DNA of 17,515 bases, from assembly GCA_963815115.1 (NCBI GenBank), contig CAWFFN010000010.1, positions 1-17,515 on the forward strand, given 5' to 3'. The notes under the pieces were generated by a model that saw only the letters and a list, made by a program, of their open reading frames with translations, was not told where the DNA came from and did not search any database. Positions 8,035-16,880 of the stretch are shown here, piece after piece. Numbering within the stretch: the stretch's first letter is position 1; each line of letters starts with the position of its first letter. Both the position numbers and the translations under genes were made by a program. Source of the stretch: an uncultured delta proteobacterium (lineage in GTDB: Bacteria > Desulfobacterota > Binatia > DP-6).

Positions 8035-8408
8035 TTACTTCAAGGTCTTCAGGAACTCGATCGTTTGGGCGCGGTCCTTCTCCGACGCGAGCCCCTTGAA
8101 GGCCATATCCGTCTCGGGCGCCATCTGGTGGGGCGACTTGAGCCACTGGTCGAGCTTCTCCGGGGTCCAGGTGAAGTCCGCGCCCTTCAAGTCCGCCGAG
8201 TACTTGAAGTCCTTGAGCGAGCCCGCCTTGCGGCCGACCACGCCGTGCAGATCGGGCGCGATCGACGACACGCCTGGGGTCAGCGAATGGCAGTTCGCGC
8301 ACTGGGTCCGGAAGATCTTTCCCCCTCCGTCGCCTCGGCACGGACGTCCCGGCCAGTGCCGACGGTCGCGGCTAGGAAGACGGTCAGCGCAACTAGGATC
8401 TGAAGCAT
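8035..8408 (-). CDS. Periplasmic class I cytochrome c (c2/c550-like) with one frameshift
   Basis: GGAGGG RBS and ATG 8408 give the signal peptide MLQILVALTVFLAATVGTGRDVRAEATEG. Restoring one base at ~8318-8325 continues into KIFRTQCANCHSL..PDLHGVVGRKAGS..FKYS..WTPEKLDQWLKSP..PETDMAFKGL, with CxxCH and the axial Met. Confidence 0.88.
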
Positions 8409-8579
8409 CGCCGGAACCCTCCTCTCTCGACCGATCCGATCCATCAATGACCCGTGCGGCCACCAACGGCCGCGACAGTGAACCAGGCGTCCATGTTGCC
8501 GACCTTCTCGGCCCGGTTGAAATACCACCATCCCTCCTCGCCTGGGAAGCGGAGGCTCGGAAGCGCCGCCTTGGTCGAC

Positions 8580-8681
8580 CGCCTGCTCGCGCAGAACCAT
8601 CCGGACAAGGTCGCGCATCTCGATCCGGACCTGCGCGATCTCGCGGAGCGCAAGATCCGTGCGATCATCGAGGCGTACGAA
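8580..8681 (+). pseudogene. J-domain (DjlA-type) fragment
   Basis: RLLAQNHPDKVAHLDPDLRDLAERKIRAIIEAYE contains the HPD motif (8598-8606) and helix III. Helix I and most of helix II are absent. Confidence 0.75.
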
Positions 8682-8687
8682 GCTCGA

Positions 8688-8891
8688 AACCTCGATGAGC
8701 TGCTGACACTCGCCGATCCCGAGCTCGATCAATGCGTCCGTCCCTACCTCGTGACGCGCCGCTGGGTCCGGGAGAAGTACGCCGAATGGGGTCCCGGGCA
8801 CCCGCTCTGGGAGGCACGCGTCCTCGGGCAGTTCCCGACTCAGGCCGAGGACGCGTTGATTTCCCTCGCGTGGTTGGAAGAGGCCGCGCAA
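8688..8891 (+). pseudogene. Phage terminase large subunit, internal fragment
   Basis: PYLVTRRWVREKYAEWGPGHPLWEARVLGQFPTQAEDALISLAWLEEA matches the TerL ATPase-nuclease linker pattern W.....WG...P....RVLG.FP....D.LI.L.W.E.A. Confidence 0.7.
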
Positions 8892-8982
8892 GGCTCAATC
8901 GAGGCGGGCAGAATTCGAGGTGGATGGGGTCGGGCCGCACGCGGTCGCCGAGGATAAGAGCGTCGAGCCGTGCCCGCTGGGC

Positions 8983-9003
8983 TACAATGCCGCTGCACGG
9001 AGG
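8983..9003 (+). promoter_or_regulatory. Possible sigma70 -10 box and RBS upstream of the SixA-like gene
   Basis: TACAAT at 8983-8988, GGAGG at 8999-9003, ATG at 9009. No convincing -35. Confidence 0.4.
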
Positions 9004-9008
9004 GGAAG

Positions 9009-9249
9009 ATGCAGCGCCGGCTGATGATCATGCGGCACGCGAAAAGCACCTAGAAGCTCTGATATGCCGACCGACCATGAGCGACCGCTCAACAGGCGCG
9101 GACGGCGCGATGCGCCGCGCGTGGGCAAGCGACTTGCCAAGCTTGGCTGGGTGCCGGAGCTCGTGGTGAGCTCGGACAGCCGCCGTACCCAGGAGACGTG
9201 GGAGCGGATGCAGAAGCGCTTCCCGGAGACGCGCGTCAGCTTCACGCGG
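9009..9249 (+). pseudogene. SixA-like histidine phosphatase, N-terminal half
   Basis: MQRRLMIMRHAKST*(TAG 9051, probably from TGG), a +1 frameshift, then SDMPTDHERPLNRRGRRDAPRVG..PELVVSSDSRRTQET. RHA and DHERPL motifs are present; the C-terminal half is missing. Confidence 0.8.
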
Positions 9250-10473
9250 GCAGTTCCCGCGACCAGTGCACCTCGCAACCACGTCTCGGACCTTCGGGGC
9301 GTGAGCCGCCTCGCCGTCGACGCGACCACGGGGCTGACCGGCGTGGTCGAGGCGCTGCACATCAACATCGCGCGCATGCCGGCCAAGCTCGGCGGGCCGG
9401 TCGTCGAGGGCGCGGTGAACGGCATCGCCTGGCTCGTGTACCGGAGTATCCATGGTGTCACCCGCGCCGTCGGCGGTGGCATCGACCTCGTGCTCGCTGG
9501 GCTCGTGCCGATGAGCGGCGAGACGGACTCCTCGGCCGCACGGGAGGCTGCGCTCGCGGTGCTGAACGGCGTGCTGGGCGACTACCTGATCGAGACCGGC
9601 AACCCGCTAGCGATCCGCATGCGCTGGCGGAGGGACGGCGCGCCGCTCCCGCTCACCCGGGAGGGGTTGGCCATGGCCTTTCCGAGGCCGAGCCCGAAGA
9701 TCGTCGTGCTCGTGCACGGTCTCTGCATGAACGATTTGCAATGGGCGCGGGGGGCGCACGACCATGGGGCCGCGCTCGCCCGGAGTCTCGGGTATACGCC
9801 CGTCTACCTCCACTACAACAGCGGCCAGCATATCTCGACGAACGGGCGGGCATTGACGGCCATGCTCGACGCGCTCGTTGCCGCGTGGCCGGTGCCGGTT
9901 GCGGAACTCGCGATCGTGGCGCACAGCATGGGCGGGCTAGTGGCGCGGAGCGCGCATCACTACGGCACGATCGCAGGACATGCGTGGCAGCGCCATCTTC
10001 GCAAGATCGTCTTTCTTGGTACGCCGCACCACGGCGCGGCGCTTGAACGCGGCGGTCACCGGCTGCACCGACTGTTCGACCAGACACCCTACACGGCGCC
10101 GTTCGCTCGCCTCGGGAAGATCCGCAGCGCGGGCATCACCGATCTCCGTCACGGTAGCCTCGTCGATGAGGACTGGGAGGGTCGCGATCGCTTCGCGCAC
10201 GGCGAGGACGCTCGGCGGCCGGTGCCGCTGCCGGACGGCGTGGCCTGTTTCGCGATTGGCGCCATGATCGGAAGGTCCCCGCGCGACCTGCGCGGGCGGC
10301 TCCTCGGCGATGGGCTCGTGCCTCTCGCGAGCGCCCTAGGCCGCCACCGCGACCCACAGTTCACGCTCGCCTTTCCGGACGCGCACCAGTGGATCGCCTG
10401 CGACACGGGCCACTTCGATCTTCTCGGTCGCCCCCACGTGTACGAACGGATTCACGCGTGGCTCGCGGGCTGA
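9250..10473 (+). CDS. PGAP1-like alpha/beta-hydrolase (lipase/esterase), in frame with the SixA remnant (ORF from 9064)
   Basis: Oxyanion motif VHGLCMND, nucleophile AHSMGG, LGTPHHGA, GDGLVP acid and GHFDLL His. The native start is unclear and possibly lost. Confidence 0.85.
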   Translation, partial: AVPATSAPRNHVSDLRGVSRLAVDATTGLTGVVEALHINIARMPAKLGGPVVEGAVNGIAWLVYRSIHGVTRAVGGGIDLVLAGLVPMSGETDSSAAREAALAVLNGVLGDYLIETGNPLAIRMRWRRDGAPLPLTREGLAMAFPRPSPKIVVLVHGLCMNDLQWARGAHDHGAALARSLGYTPVYLHYNSGQHISTNGRALTAMLDALVAAWPVPVAELAIVAHSMGGLVARSAHHYGTIAGHAWQRHLRKIVFLGTPHHGAALERGGHRLHRLFDQTPYTAPFARLGKIRSAGITDLRHGSLVDEDWEGRDRFAHGEDARRPVPLPDGVACFAIGAMIGRSPRDLRGRLLGDGLVPLASALGRHRDPQFTLAFPDAHQWIACDTGHFDLLGRPHVYERIHAWLAG

Positions 10474-10678
10474 TGCGTATCGTTCCCAGAGCGCGCCATC
10501 AGGAGCTGTCACAGTTCTTTAGTGCCAGTAGACTGTCGCCGTTTCCGTCTCAGGCGCGCGAAGCGTGAGGGTGCGCTGGGCAACGAAGGCGATGCCGAGC
10601 GTGTCCCCCTCGAAGCCTTGCTCGCGCGCGGCGGCTAGGTATGCCGTTTGCTCCCCCCATCTCTCCAGGAGGTCAGCC

Positions 10679-10837
10679 ATGCGAGCCGACGGCCGGACGC
10701 TGCGGTGGTTTATCGAGGGGGAGAGCGGGCCGGTCAAGGCTGCCAAGCACCTGCAGGATCGCACGTCCCGTGCGATCTCCGGCGTCATCCGCGAGATCAA
10801 CGCCTTGGTGGGCCGCCACGCGGGAGGTGCTCCATGA
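10679..10837 (+). CDS. 52-aa hypothetical protein
   Basis: AGGAGG RBS (10667-10672) and ATG 10679. The stop overlaps the next start (ATGA 10834-10837). Confidence 0.55.
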   Translation: MRADGRTLRWFIEGESGPVKAAKHLQDRTSRAISGVIREINALVGRHAGGAP

Positions 10838-11667
10838 AACCGTCCACGATGGCGCCCGACCCGGCGGCGACCGACGCGTCACCCTGGTTGGGATGGCGGG
10901 TTGCGCTGAACCGGTTCATCTGGCGAGCCCACATCTTCACCGCGAGCTCGTTGGTGGTCTGGCTGGAGCGGTTGTTTCCGAACCGGGGCTATGGCGAGCG
11001 GCTCTTTGCCGCGTCGGCCCGGCTGACGAACTGGCTCGTCGGCGTCCGGGTCGACGTGATCGGGCTCGACAGGCTCGACCCGCGGCAGACCTACGTCTTC
11101 ACGCCAGATCACCGGAGCCATGTCGACATCACCGCGCTGATGGGGGCGCTCCCCAGGGTGCGCTTCGCGGCCAAGCGGGAACTGTTCGACGAGCCGGTGC
11201 TCGGAGCGGCGATGCGGGCACTCGGCATGATCCCGATCGACCGAGCTGACCCGGGGCTCGCCAAACGGACCCTCGACGAGGCCGCGGTGAAGCTCGGGAA
11301 GGCGGTCTCAGTGGTGATCTTTCCGGAAGGCACGCGCGCTCCCGCCGGGCAGATGCTGCCGTTCAAAGGCGGCGCCTTCGTGTTCGCCCTCCAGGAGCAG
11401 GTTCCGGTCGTGCCCGTCGCCCTCCACAATACGGCGCAGGTGATGCCGGCCCACGGATACCTCACCATTTTCGGGGGACGTGTGGTCGTCGAGATACTCG
11501 ACCCGATCGCGACCGCCGGCCTCACGTTCGAGGACCGCCATCGACTGAAGGAGCAGGTACACGAGGCGTTGGTCGCGTCGCTCCGTCCGGAGGACGGCGG
11601 TGTGGCCGATCGGCGCGATCTCGGCTCCTTTGCCGGCCACGCGTTCGGCGCCACGGTGCCAACGTGA
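10834..11667 (+). CDS. plsC: 1-acyl-sn-glycerol-3-phosphate acyltransferase (PlsC family)
   Basis: HX4D motif (DHRSHVD), FAAKRELF, IPIDR, FPEGTR, PFKGGAF and VPVVPV. GGGAGG RBS before ATG 10834. Confidence 0.88.
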   Translation: MKPSTMAPDPAATDASPWLGWRVALNRFIWRAHIFTASSLVVWLERLFPNRGYGERLFAASARLTNWLVGVRVDVIGLDRLDPRQTYVFTPDHRSHVDITALMGALPRVRFAAKRELFDEPVLGAAMRALGMIPIDRADPGLAKRTLDEAAVKLGKAVSVVIFPEGTRAPAGQMLPFKGGAFVFALQEQVPVVPVALHNTAQVMPAHGYLTIFGGRVVVEILDPIATAGLTFEDRHRLKEQVHEALVASLRPEDGGVADRRDLGSFAGHAFGATVPT

Positions 11668-11686
11668 CGGCGCGGTGGACACGTCC

Positions 11687-12619
11687 ATGAGACCGAACGT
11701 GGCGGTGCTCGGTGCAGGATCGTGGGGGACGACGCTGGCTTCGATGTGCGCAAGACACGGGCCGACCACGATCTGGGCCCTCGAGGACGAGGTGGCGCGG
11801 GAGATCAACGCGCGCCACACGAACAGTCTCTACTTGCAGGGATTCGAGCTCACCCCGGCGCTACGGGCGACCCGCCGGGTGGAGGAAGCGACCGAAGGCG
11901 CCAAGGTCGTTGTGCTGGCCGTGCCATCGCCCTACTTCCGGGGCGTTTTCGGGCAGGCGGCACCGTTCGTGCCGAAGACGGTTCCGGTCGTGAGCGTCGC
12001 GAAGGGCCTCGAGCCGGAGACGCTTCTCAGGATGACGGAGGTGATCGCCCAGGTCCTTCCCGACAACCCGCGCGCGGCGCTGTCCGGACCGAACCTGGCG
12101 CGCGAGATCATCGCCGGCTACGCCGCGGGCGCCGTCGTCGCATGCCACGACGCGGAGGTTGCGAGGCACTTACAGGGCGTGTTCAACAGCGGCCTGTATC
12201 GCGTCTACACCACGCACGACGTCGTCGGGGTGGAAGCGGCCGCGGCCCTCAAGAACGTCATCGCGATCGCGGCGGGAATGGCCGACGGCGTGGGCGTGGG
12301 CGACAACACCCGTGCGCTCATCATCACTCGCGGCCTCGCGGAGCTCACTCGACTCGGGTTGGCCATGGGTGGAGAGCCGAGTACGTTCGCCGGCCTCGCT
12401 GGGCTCGGAGACCTCCTTGCCACGTGCATCAGCCCGCTCAGCCGAAATCGACACGTCGGAGAGCAGCTCGGAAAGGGCCGCAAGCTCGAAGACAACGTCG
12501 GCGAGATGCGCATGGTCCCCGAAGGCATTCACACGTGCAGGCTGGTCCTCGAGGGCGCGCCGCGCTTCGCCCCACCGATACAGGCCCACTCGTTCCCGGA
12601 AGGGCGTGCGGGCTGGTAG
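11687..12619 (+). CDS. gpsA: NAD(P)H-dependent glycerol-3-phosphate dehydrogenase, C-terminally truncated
   Basis: VLGAGSWGT, AKGLE, LSGPNLAREI, ALKNVIAIAAG, GLAGLGDLLATC..SRN and EG..T. Similarity ends at ~12553, and the usual final helices (EMPI..) are replaced by 21 unrelated residues. Confidence 0.9.
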   Translation: MRPNVAVLGAGSWGTTLASMCARHGPTTIWALEDEVAREINARHTNSLYLQGFELTPALRATRRVEEATEGAKVVVLAVPSPYFRGVFGQAAPFVPKTVPVVSVAKGLEPETLLRMTEVIAQVLPDNPRAALSGPNLAREIIAGYAAGAVVACHDAEVARHLQGVFNSGLYRVYTTHDVVGVEAAAALKNVIAIAAGMADGVGVGDNTRALIITRGLAELTRLGLAMGGEPSTFAGLAGLGDLLATCISPLSRNRHVGEQLGKGRKLEDNVGEMRMVPEGIHTCRLVLEGAPRFAPPIQAHSFPEGRAGW

Positions 12620-12724
12620 ACGGGTCGGGCAGATTGCTGGGAGGTGCGAAGGGCGAATACCCCTTCGTCCGTCTAGGTTGTCACGTCGTTGACGCGAGCC
12701 GGCGAGGGCGGTACGGCAGGATTC

Positions 12725-13165
12725 GTGTTGAACCGCATCAGCCATATCGGCGTATTGGTCAACGACATCGAAGCGGCCCTTCGCATTTGGCGAGACCAGC
12801 TCGGCTTCAAGAAGTTCTCCGAAGCGCGGTTCGAGGTCGAGGGCATCCGCAGCGTGTTCCTGTCGCTGTCGGGCCATCCGGGCGAGATGAGCATCGAACT
12901 CATGGAGCCACTCGACAAGTCCGACATGGGCAACGCCCTCGCCCGTCGCCTCGCGAACGTCGGCGAGGGCTTCTACCATCTCGCCGTCGTGACCGACGAC
13001 GTGGCGGCGAGCGGCACGGCGCTCGCGCGGAGCGGACTGCCGATCATCGAGCGCCCACCCGTAGCCGCGGGGGCGCAGGGACGCTGGTTGGTTCATCCGA
13101 AGGCGGCGAACGGCGTCATGATCGAGGGGACGGAGGAGTGGGATGGCGGCGAGGGCGCCCGGTGA
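12725..13165 (+). CDS. VOC family protein (methylmalonyl-CoA epimerase-like)
   Basis: RISHIGVLVNDIEAA, IELMEP, GEGFYHLAV and HPKAANGVMIE carry the His/Glu metal ligands. Start GTG 12725 or TTG 12728. Confidence 0.85.
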   Translation: MLNRISHIGVLVNDIEAALRIWRDQLGFKKFSEARFEVEGIRSVFLSLSGHPGEMSIELMEPLDKSDMGNALARRLANVGEGFYHLAVVTDDVAASGTALARSGLPIIERPPVAAGAQGRWLVHPKAANGVMIEGTEEWDGGEGAR

Positions 13166-13986
13166 GCGCGGGCCGCCTCGCGGGTCGCGTGGCGCTCGTC
13201 ACCGGCGCCGGCCAGGGCATCGGCCGTGCGATCGCCCTCAAGCTGGCCGCCGAAGGCGCCGCGGTCCTCGCCAACGACCTCGACGCCGATCGTCTGGCCG
13301 CGCTGCGAGCCGACGTCGCCGGGGCAGGCGGCCGTTGCGAGACGTTTCCGGGCGACGTGACCCACAAGGAGTTCGGCGACCGCGCGCTCGAGGCATGCCT
13401 TCGGCACTTCGGCGACCTCCACATCCTCGTCAACAACGCGGGCTACGTGTGGAACTCGCGCATCGTCAACCACACCGACGAGCAGTGGTACGCGATGCTG
13501 GACGTCCATGCGACCGGGCCGTTCCGGCTGCTGCGCGCCGCCGGCCGCCACTTCCAGCAGGTGGCGAGCGAGGGTCGCGCGGCGCCGGTGCGAAAGGTCG
13601 TGAACGTCTCCTCCATCTCCGGGCTCTTCGGCGCGCCGACCCAGTTCAGCTATTCCGCCGCCAAGTCGGCCCTGGTGGGCATGACCCGCTCGCTGGCGAA
13701 GGACTGGGGGCGCTGGAACGTCACGGTCAACTGCGTCGCGTTCGGGTTCATCCAGACCCGGCTCACGCAGACGTTCGAGGACGAGCCGCCGCGCGTCGAG
13801 GTCGGGAACCGCAGCTTCAAGGTCGGCGTCGACGTGGCCCAAGCGGAGCTCCTGAAGCACCTGATCCCGCTCGGCCGCGTCGGCACGCCCGCGGAAGCGG
13901 CGGGCGCGGTCTGCCTCTTCTGCCTGCCGGAATCGGACTACGTGAGCGGCGAGGTCCTGATCGCGGGCGGCGGCCTGCGGATGTGA
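13162..13986 (+). CDS. Classical short-chain dehydrogenase/reductase (FabG-like)
   Basis: TGAGQGIG, LVNNAG, NVSS and YSAAK. The GTG start overlaps the VOC stop (GTGA). Confidence 0.92.
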   Translation: MSAGRLAGRVALVTGAGQGIGRAIALKLAAEGAAVLANDLDADRLAALRADVAGAGGRCETFPGDVTHKEFGDRALEACLRHFGDLHILVNNAGYVWNSRIVNHTDEQWYAMLDVHATGPFRLLRAAGRHFQQVASEGRAAPVRKVVNVSSISGLFGAPTQFSYSAAKSALVGMTRSLAKDWGRWNVTVNCVAFGFIQTRLTQTFEDEPPRVEVGNRSFKVGVDVAQAELLKHLIPLGRVGTPAEAAGAVCLFCLPESDYVSGEVLIAGGGLRM

Positions 13987-13996
13987 AGCGTCTCAG

Positions 13997-14017
13997 CCGA
14001 GCTGGCTACCAGCTCGG
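13997..14017. terminator. Stem-loop just after the SDR stop
   Basis: CCGAGCTGG-CTA-CCAGCTCGG, a perfect 9-bp stem with no U-tract. Confidence 0.4.
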
Positions 14018-14036
14018 TCGCATCCGGCGGTCTCGA

Positions 14037-14133
14037 AGCCTGCCGCACCCAGTTGCGAATCGCCTGGTCGGAGGGCTCGAACTTCGTCGCCAGCTCCTCG
14101 GGATTTGCGCCCGGTACGGACGAGGTCAACCAG
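14037..14133 (-). mobile_element. IS3-family OrfA (HTH) fragment
   Basis: LVDLVRTGR/NPEELATKFEPSDQAIRNWVRQA, with a frameshift in the T-run at 14104-14106, matches the IS3 OrfA helix-turn-helix. Confidence 0.8.
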
Positions 14134-14221
14134 CCCGTGCTCCACTGGGCTCAGGGGGCGCGCGAGCGCTGACCGGAGCCGGCGCCGTGTGATAGGGTCG
14201 CCGCCCGCCGGAGGTGGGCCC

Positions 14222-15784
14222 ATGAGCTGCTCGCTGGTGGTCGAGAAGGACCTGTCGATTCCGCTGCGCGACGGCGGGACGGTCGTCGCCGACGTGTTTC
14301 GGCCCGCGGCGGCTGGAACGTTTCCGGTCATCATGACGCTGGGGCCGTATCCGAAGGACATCCACTTTCGCGACTGGAACCCCGTCGCCTGGGAGGAGCT
14401 GCCCGAGCGGGGGCCGTACATGCACTGGGAGACGGTGAACCCGGAGTGGTGGGTGCCGCTCGGCTACGTGGTGATCCGTTGCGATACGCGCGGGACGGGG
14501 AAGTCGCCGGGCGCGCCGCGGCTGCTGTCGCGCGCCGAGGCGGAGGACTTCTCCGACGCGGTCGAATGGGCCGGGACACAGCCGTGGAGCAGCGGCAAGG
14601 TCGCGGTGATGGGGATCTCCTACTTCGCCATGAACGCGTGGCGCGTGGCGGCACTGCAGCCGCCGCACCTGGCGGCGATCGTGCCGTGGGAGGGGGCGGT
14701 CGATCTCTACCGCGACGCCGGCCGCCACGGCGGCATCTATTCGGCCGGATTCTTTCGCGCCTGGGGCAGTCACGTGCGCAGCCATCAGCGGGACGGGGGT
14801 GCGGCCGACCCGGCCACGGTGCCGCCGGAGCTCTATGGCGAGCTGTACGCCTTTCTCAATCCGAACCTCGGCGACGTGCGCGTGCCGGTGCTGTCGGCCG
14901 GCAACTGGGGCGGCGCCGGCCTGCACCTGCGCGGCAACGTCGAGGGCTATCTCGCCGTCGGCTCGGCACAGAAGTATCTGCAACTACATGTCGGCAACCA
15001 CGTCGATCCGTTCTACTCGCTGGAAGGCCGCCTGGTGCAGTTGCGCTTCCTCGAGCAGTTCCTGCGCGGCGTCGACACCGGCATCACGCGCGAGCCGCCC
15101 ATCCGGCTGGCGATCCGCCAGGACGCGGAGCGGTACCGTTGGCGCTACGAGAACGAGTGGCCGCTGGCGCGCACCGAGTGGACCGAATGGCATCTCGACG
15201 CTGCCACCGGCGGCCTGGCGACGACGCGCCCGGCGGCGACGAACGCGGTCGCGTACGAGGCCGACCCGGCGGCATCGCAGACGCACGCCACGTTCGTCAC
15301 GGCGGCTTTCGAGCACGACACGGAGATCACCGGGCCGGTGAAGCTCCGCCTGTGGGTGTCGTCGAGCAGCGACGACGCAGACGTCTTCGTCATCGTGCGC
15401 AAGCTCGGGCACGACGGCCGCGAGGTGACGTTCCCGGGACCGATGCCCGGCGGCAGTCCGATCGCCGTGGCGTACGGCTGGCTGCGTGCCTCGCACCGCA
15501 AGCTTGATGAGTCGCGCTCGACGCCCTGGCGGCCGTTCCACACGCACGACGAGCTGCAGAAGCTGCAGCCCGGCGAGATCGTTCCGCTCGAGATCGAGGT
15601 CTGGCCGACCAGCGTCGTGGTCGAGCGCGGCGAGCGGCTGGTTCTGGAAGTCGGCGCCAAGGATGATCCGCAGAGCTTCTTCCAGCACGACGACCCGCGC
15701 GACCGCGCGCGGACGGGAACCAACACGATTCACACGGGCGGCGCGTTCGACTCGCACCTGCTGCTGCCGATCATTCCAGGGTGA
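14222..15784 (+). CDS. CocE/NonD family serine hydrolase (peptidase S15 + PepX_C domains)
   Basis: IPLRDG..ADVFRP, GPYPKD, DTRGTGKSPG, QPWSSGKV, nucleophile GISYFA, EITGPVKLRLWVSS and GWLRASHR. GGAGG RBS before ATG 14222. Confidence 0.92.
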   Translation: MSCSLVVEKDLSIPLRDGGTVVADVFRPAAAGTFPVIMTLGPYPKDIHFRDWNPVAWEELPERGPYMHWETVNPEWWVPLGYVVIRCDTRGTGKSPGAPRLLSRAEAEDFSDAVEWAGTQPWSSGKVAVMGISYFAMNAWRVAALQPPHLAAIVPWEGAVDLYRDAGRHGGIYSAGFFRAWGSHVRSHQRDGGAADPATVPPELYGELYAFLNPNLGDVRVPVLSAGNWGGAGLHLRGNVEGYLAVGSAQKYLQLHVGNHVDPFYSLEGRLVQLRFLEQFLRGVDTGITREPPIRLAIRQDAERYRWRYENEWPLARTEWTEWHLDAATGGLATTRPAATNAVAYEADPAASQTHATFVTAAFEHDTEITGPVKLRLWVSSSSDDADVFVIVRKLGHDGREVTFPGPMPGGSPIAVAYGWLRASHRKLDESRSTPWRPFHTHDELQKLQPGEIVPLEIEVWPTSVVVERGERLVLEVGAKDDPQSFFQHDDPRDRARTGTNTIHTGGAFDSHLLLPIIPG

Positions 15785-16019
15785 CTCTGAGTTCGTCGCG
15801 GGTACCTTCCCACGATCATCGAATCGGCGATTCTGGCATTGGATCCGCAGAACGCCGACGCCTTGATGGCTCGGCTCTTCCTGACCTCGCCTTTCGGCGG
15901 TTCGTGGACGACGTCGCGATCGGGCGAGGGAGAGAACCGGCCTGCGATCGAGGGATGCAGACCGCTGGACGACGCTTGCCGCCCCGGGCAGTCCGGCGCC
16001 AGAATGCGGTCGACAGGCC

Positions 16020-16880
16020 ATGGCCGGGACGCCGCACGACGAGCTGTCTTTCGATCCGGCACTGATAAAAGAGCTGGACCGCTTCCTGGCGCCTCTGAAG
16101 CGGCTGCTCAGCCCAGTCGCGATCGGACTCGAGCACGTTCCTCGCCAGGGAGCCGTGCTGCTCGCGGGCAACCACACGATCTACGGCGTGCTCGACATCC
16201 CCATGCTCGCGCTCGGGGTCTACGAGGAGACCGGCCGCGTGGTGCGCGGCCTGGGGGACCACAACCACTTCGCGGTGCCCGTCTGGCGGGAGCTCCTCAC
16301 GCGGCTCGGGGCGGTGCGCGGAACCCGCGAGAACTGCGGGCGCCTCTTCGAGGCCGGTGAAGCCGTGCTCGTCTTCCCCGGCGGCGGACGCGAGGTCTTC
16401 AAGCACAAGGGCGAGAAGTACAAACTGGTGTGGAAGGAACGCGTCGGCTTCGCGCGACTCGCGATCCAGTACGGCGTCCCCATCGCTCCGTTCGCCTCGG
16501 TGGGAGTCGAGGACATGTTCGAGATCGTCCTCGATGCCGACGACCTGCTGAGCTCGCCGGTCGGACACCTCCTTCGGTCACTCGGCATCACGGAGCGCCC
16601 CTGGTTCCGCCACGGTGAGATCCTGCCGCCCGTGGCCCGCGGCACCGGTCCGGGCGGACTGCCGCGGATCGAGCGCCAGTACTTCCTTTTCAGCGAGCCC
16701 ATCCCGACGGATCGCTTCCTCGGGAGGTACGAGGATGCGGAGGCCTGTTTCGCGCTCCGCACGCAGGTCAAGAGCGCGGTCGAGCGCGACATCCAGCGGC
16801 TCCGCGAGGTACGCGAGACCGATCCGGAACGCTACCCGATCCAGCGTGTGCTGCGCGGGATCGCCGCGAAGCTCGGCTGA
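16020..16880 (+). CDS. Lysophospholipid/diacylglycerol acyltransferase (MGAT/DGAT-like subgroup of the LPLAT superfamily)
   Basis: GLEHVP..VLLAGNHTIYGVLD, VFPGGGRE, YKLVWKERVGFARLA and PIAPFASVG. Confidence 0.88.
   Translation: MAGTPHDELSFDPALIKELDRFLAPLKRLLSPVAIGLEHVPRQGAVLLAGNHTIYGVLDIPMLALGVYEETGRVVRGLGDHNHFAVPVWRELLTRLGAVRGTRENCGRLFEAGEAVLVFPGGGREVFKHKGEKYKLVWKERVGFARLAIQYGVPIAPFASVGVEDMFEIVLDADDLLSSPVGHLLRSLGITERPWFRHGEILPPVARGTGPGGLPRIERQYFLFSEPIPTDRFLGRYEDAEACFALRTQVKSAVERDIQRLREVRETDPERYPIQRVLRGIAAKLG

Noticed and set aside
10503-10517. Near-palindrome GAGCTGTCACAGTTC as an operator or IS end
   Set aside because: Single imperfect copy with no partner repeat, regulator or transposase nearby.
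11107-11127. DHRSHVD instead of NHxSxxD as an inactivating change in PlsC
   Set aside because: The catalytic His and Asp of HX4D are retained, so this is ordinary variation.
11722-13161. 754-aa ORF as a large SDR fusion
   Set aside because: The first 480 residues are an Arg/Gly-rich off-frame read of gpsA and VOC. The real SDR starts at GTG 13162.
15824-15875. TPR-like scrap AILALDPQNADALM
   Set aside because: Too short to support, and the flanking residues are not TPR-like.
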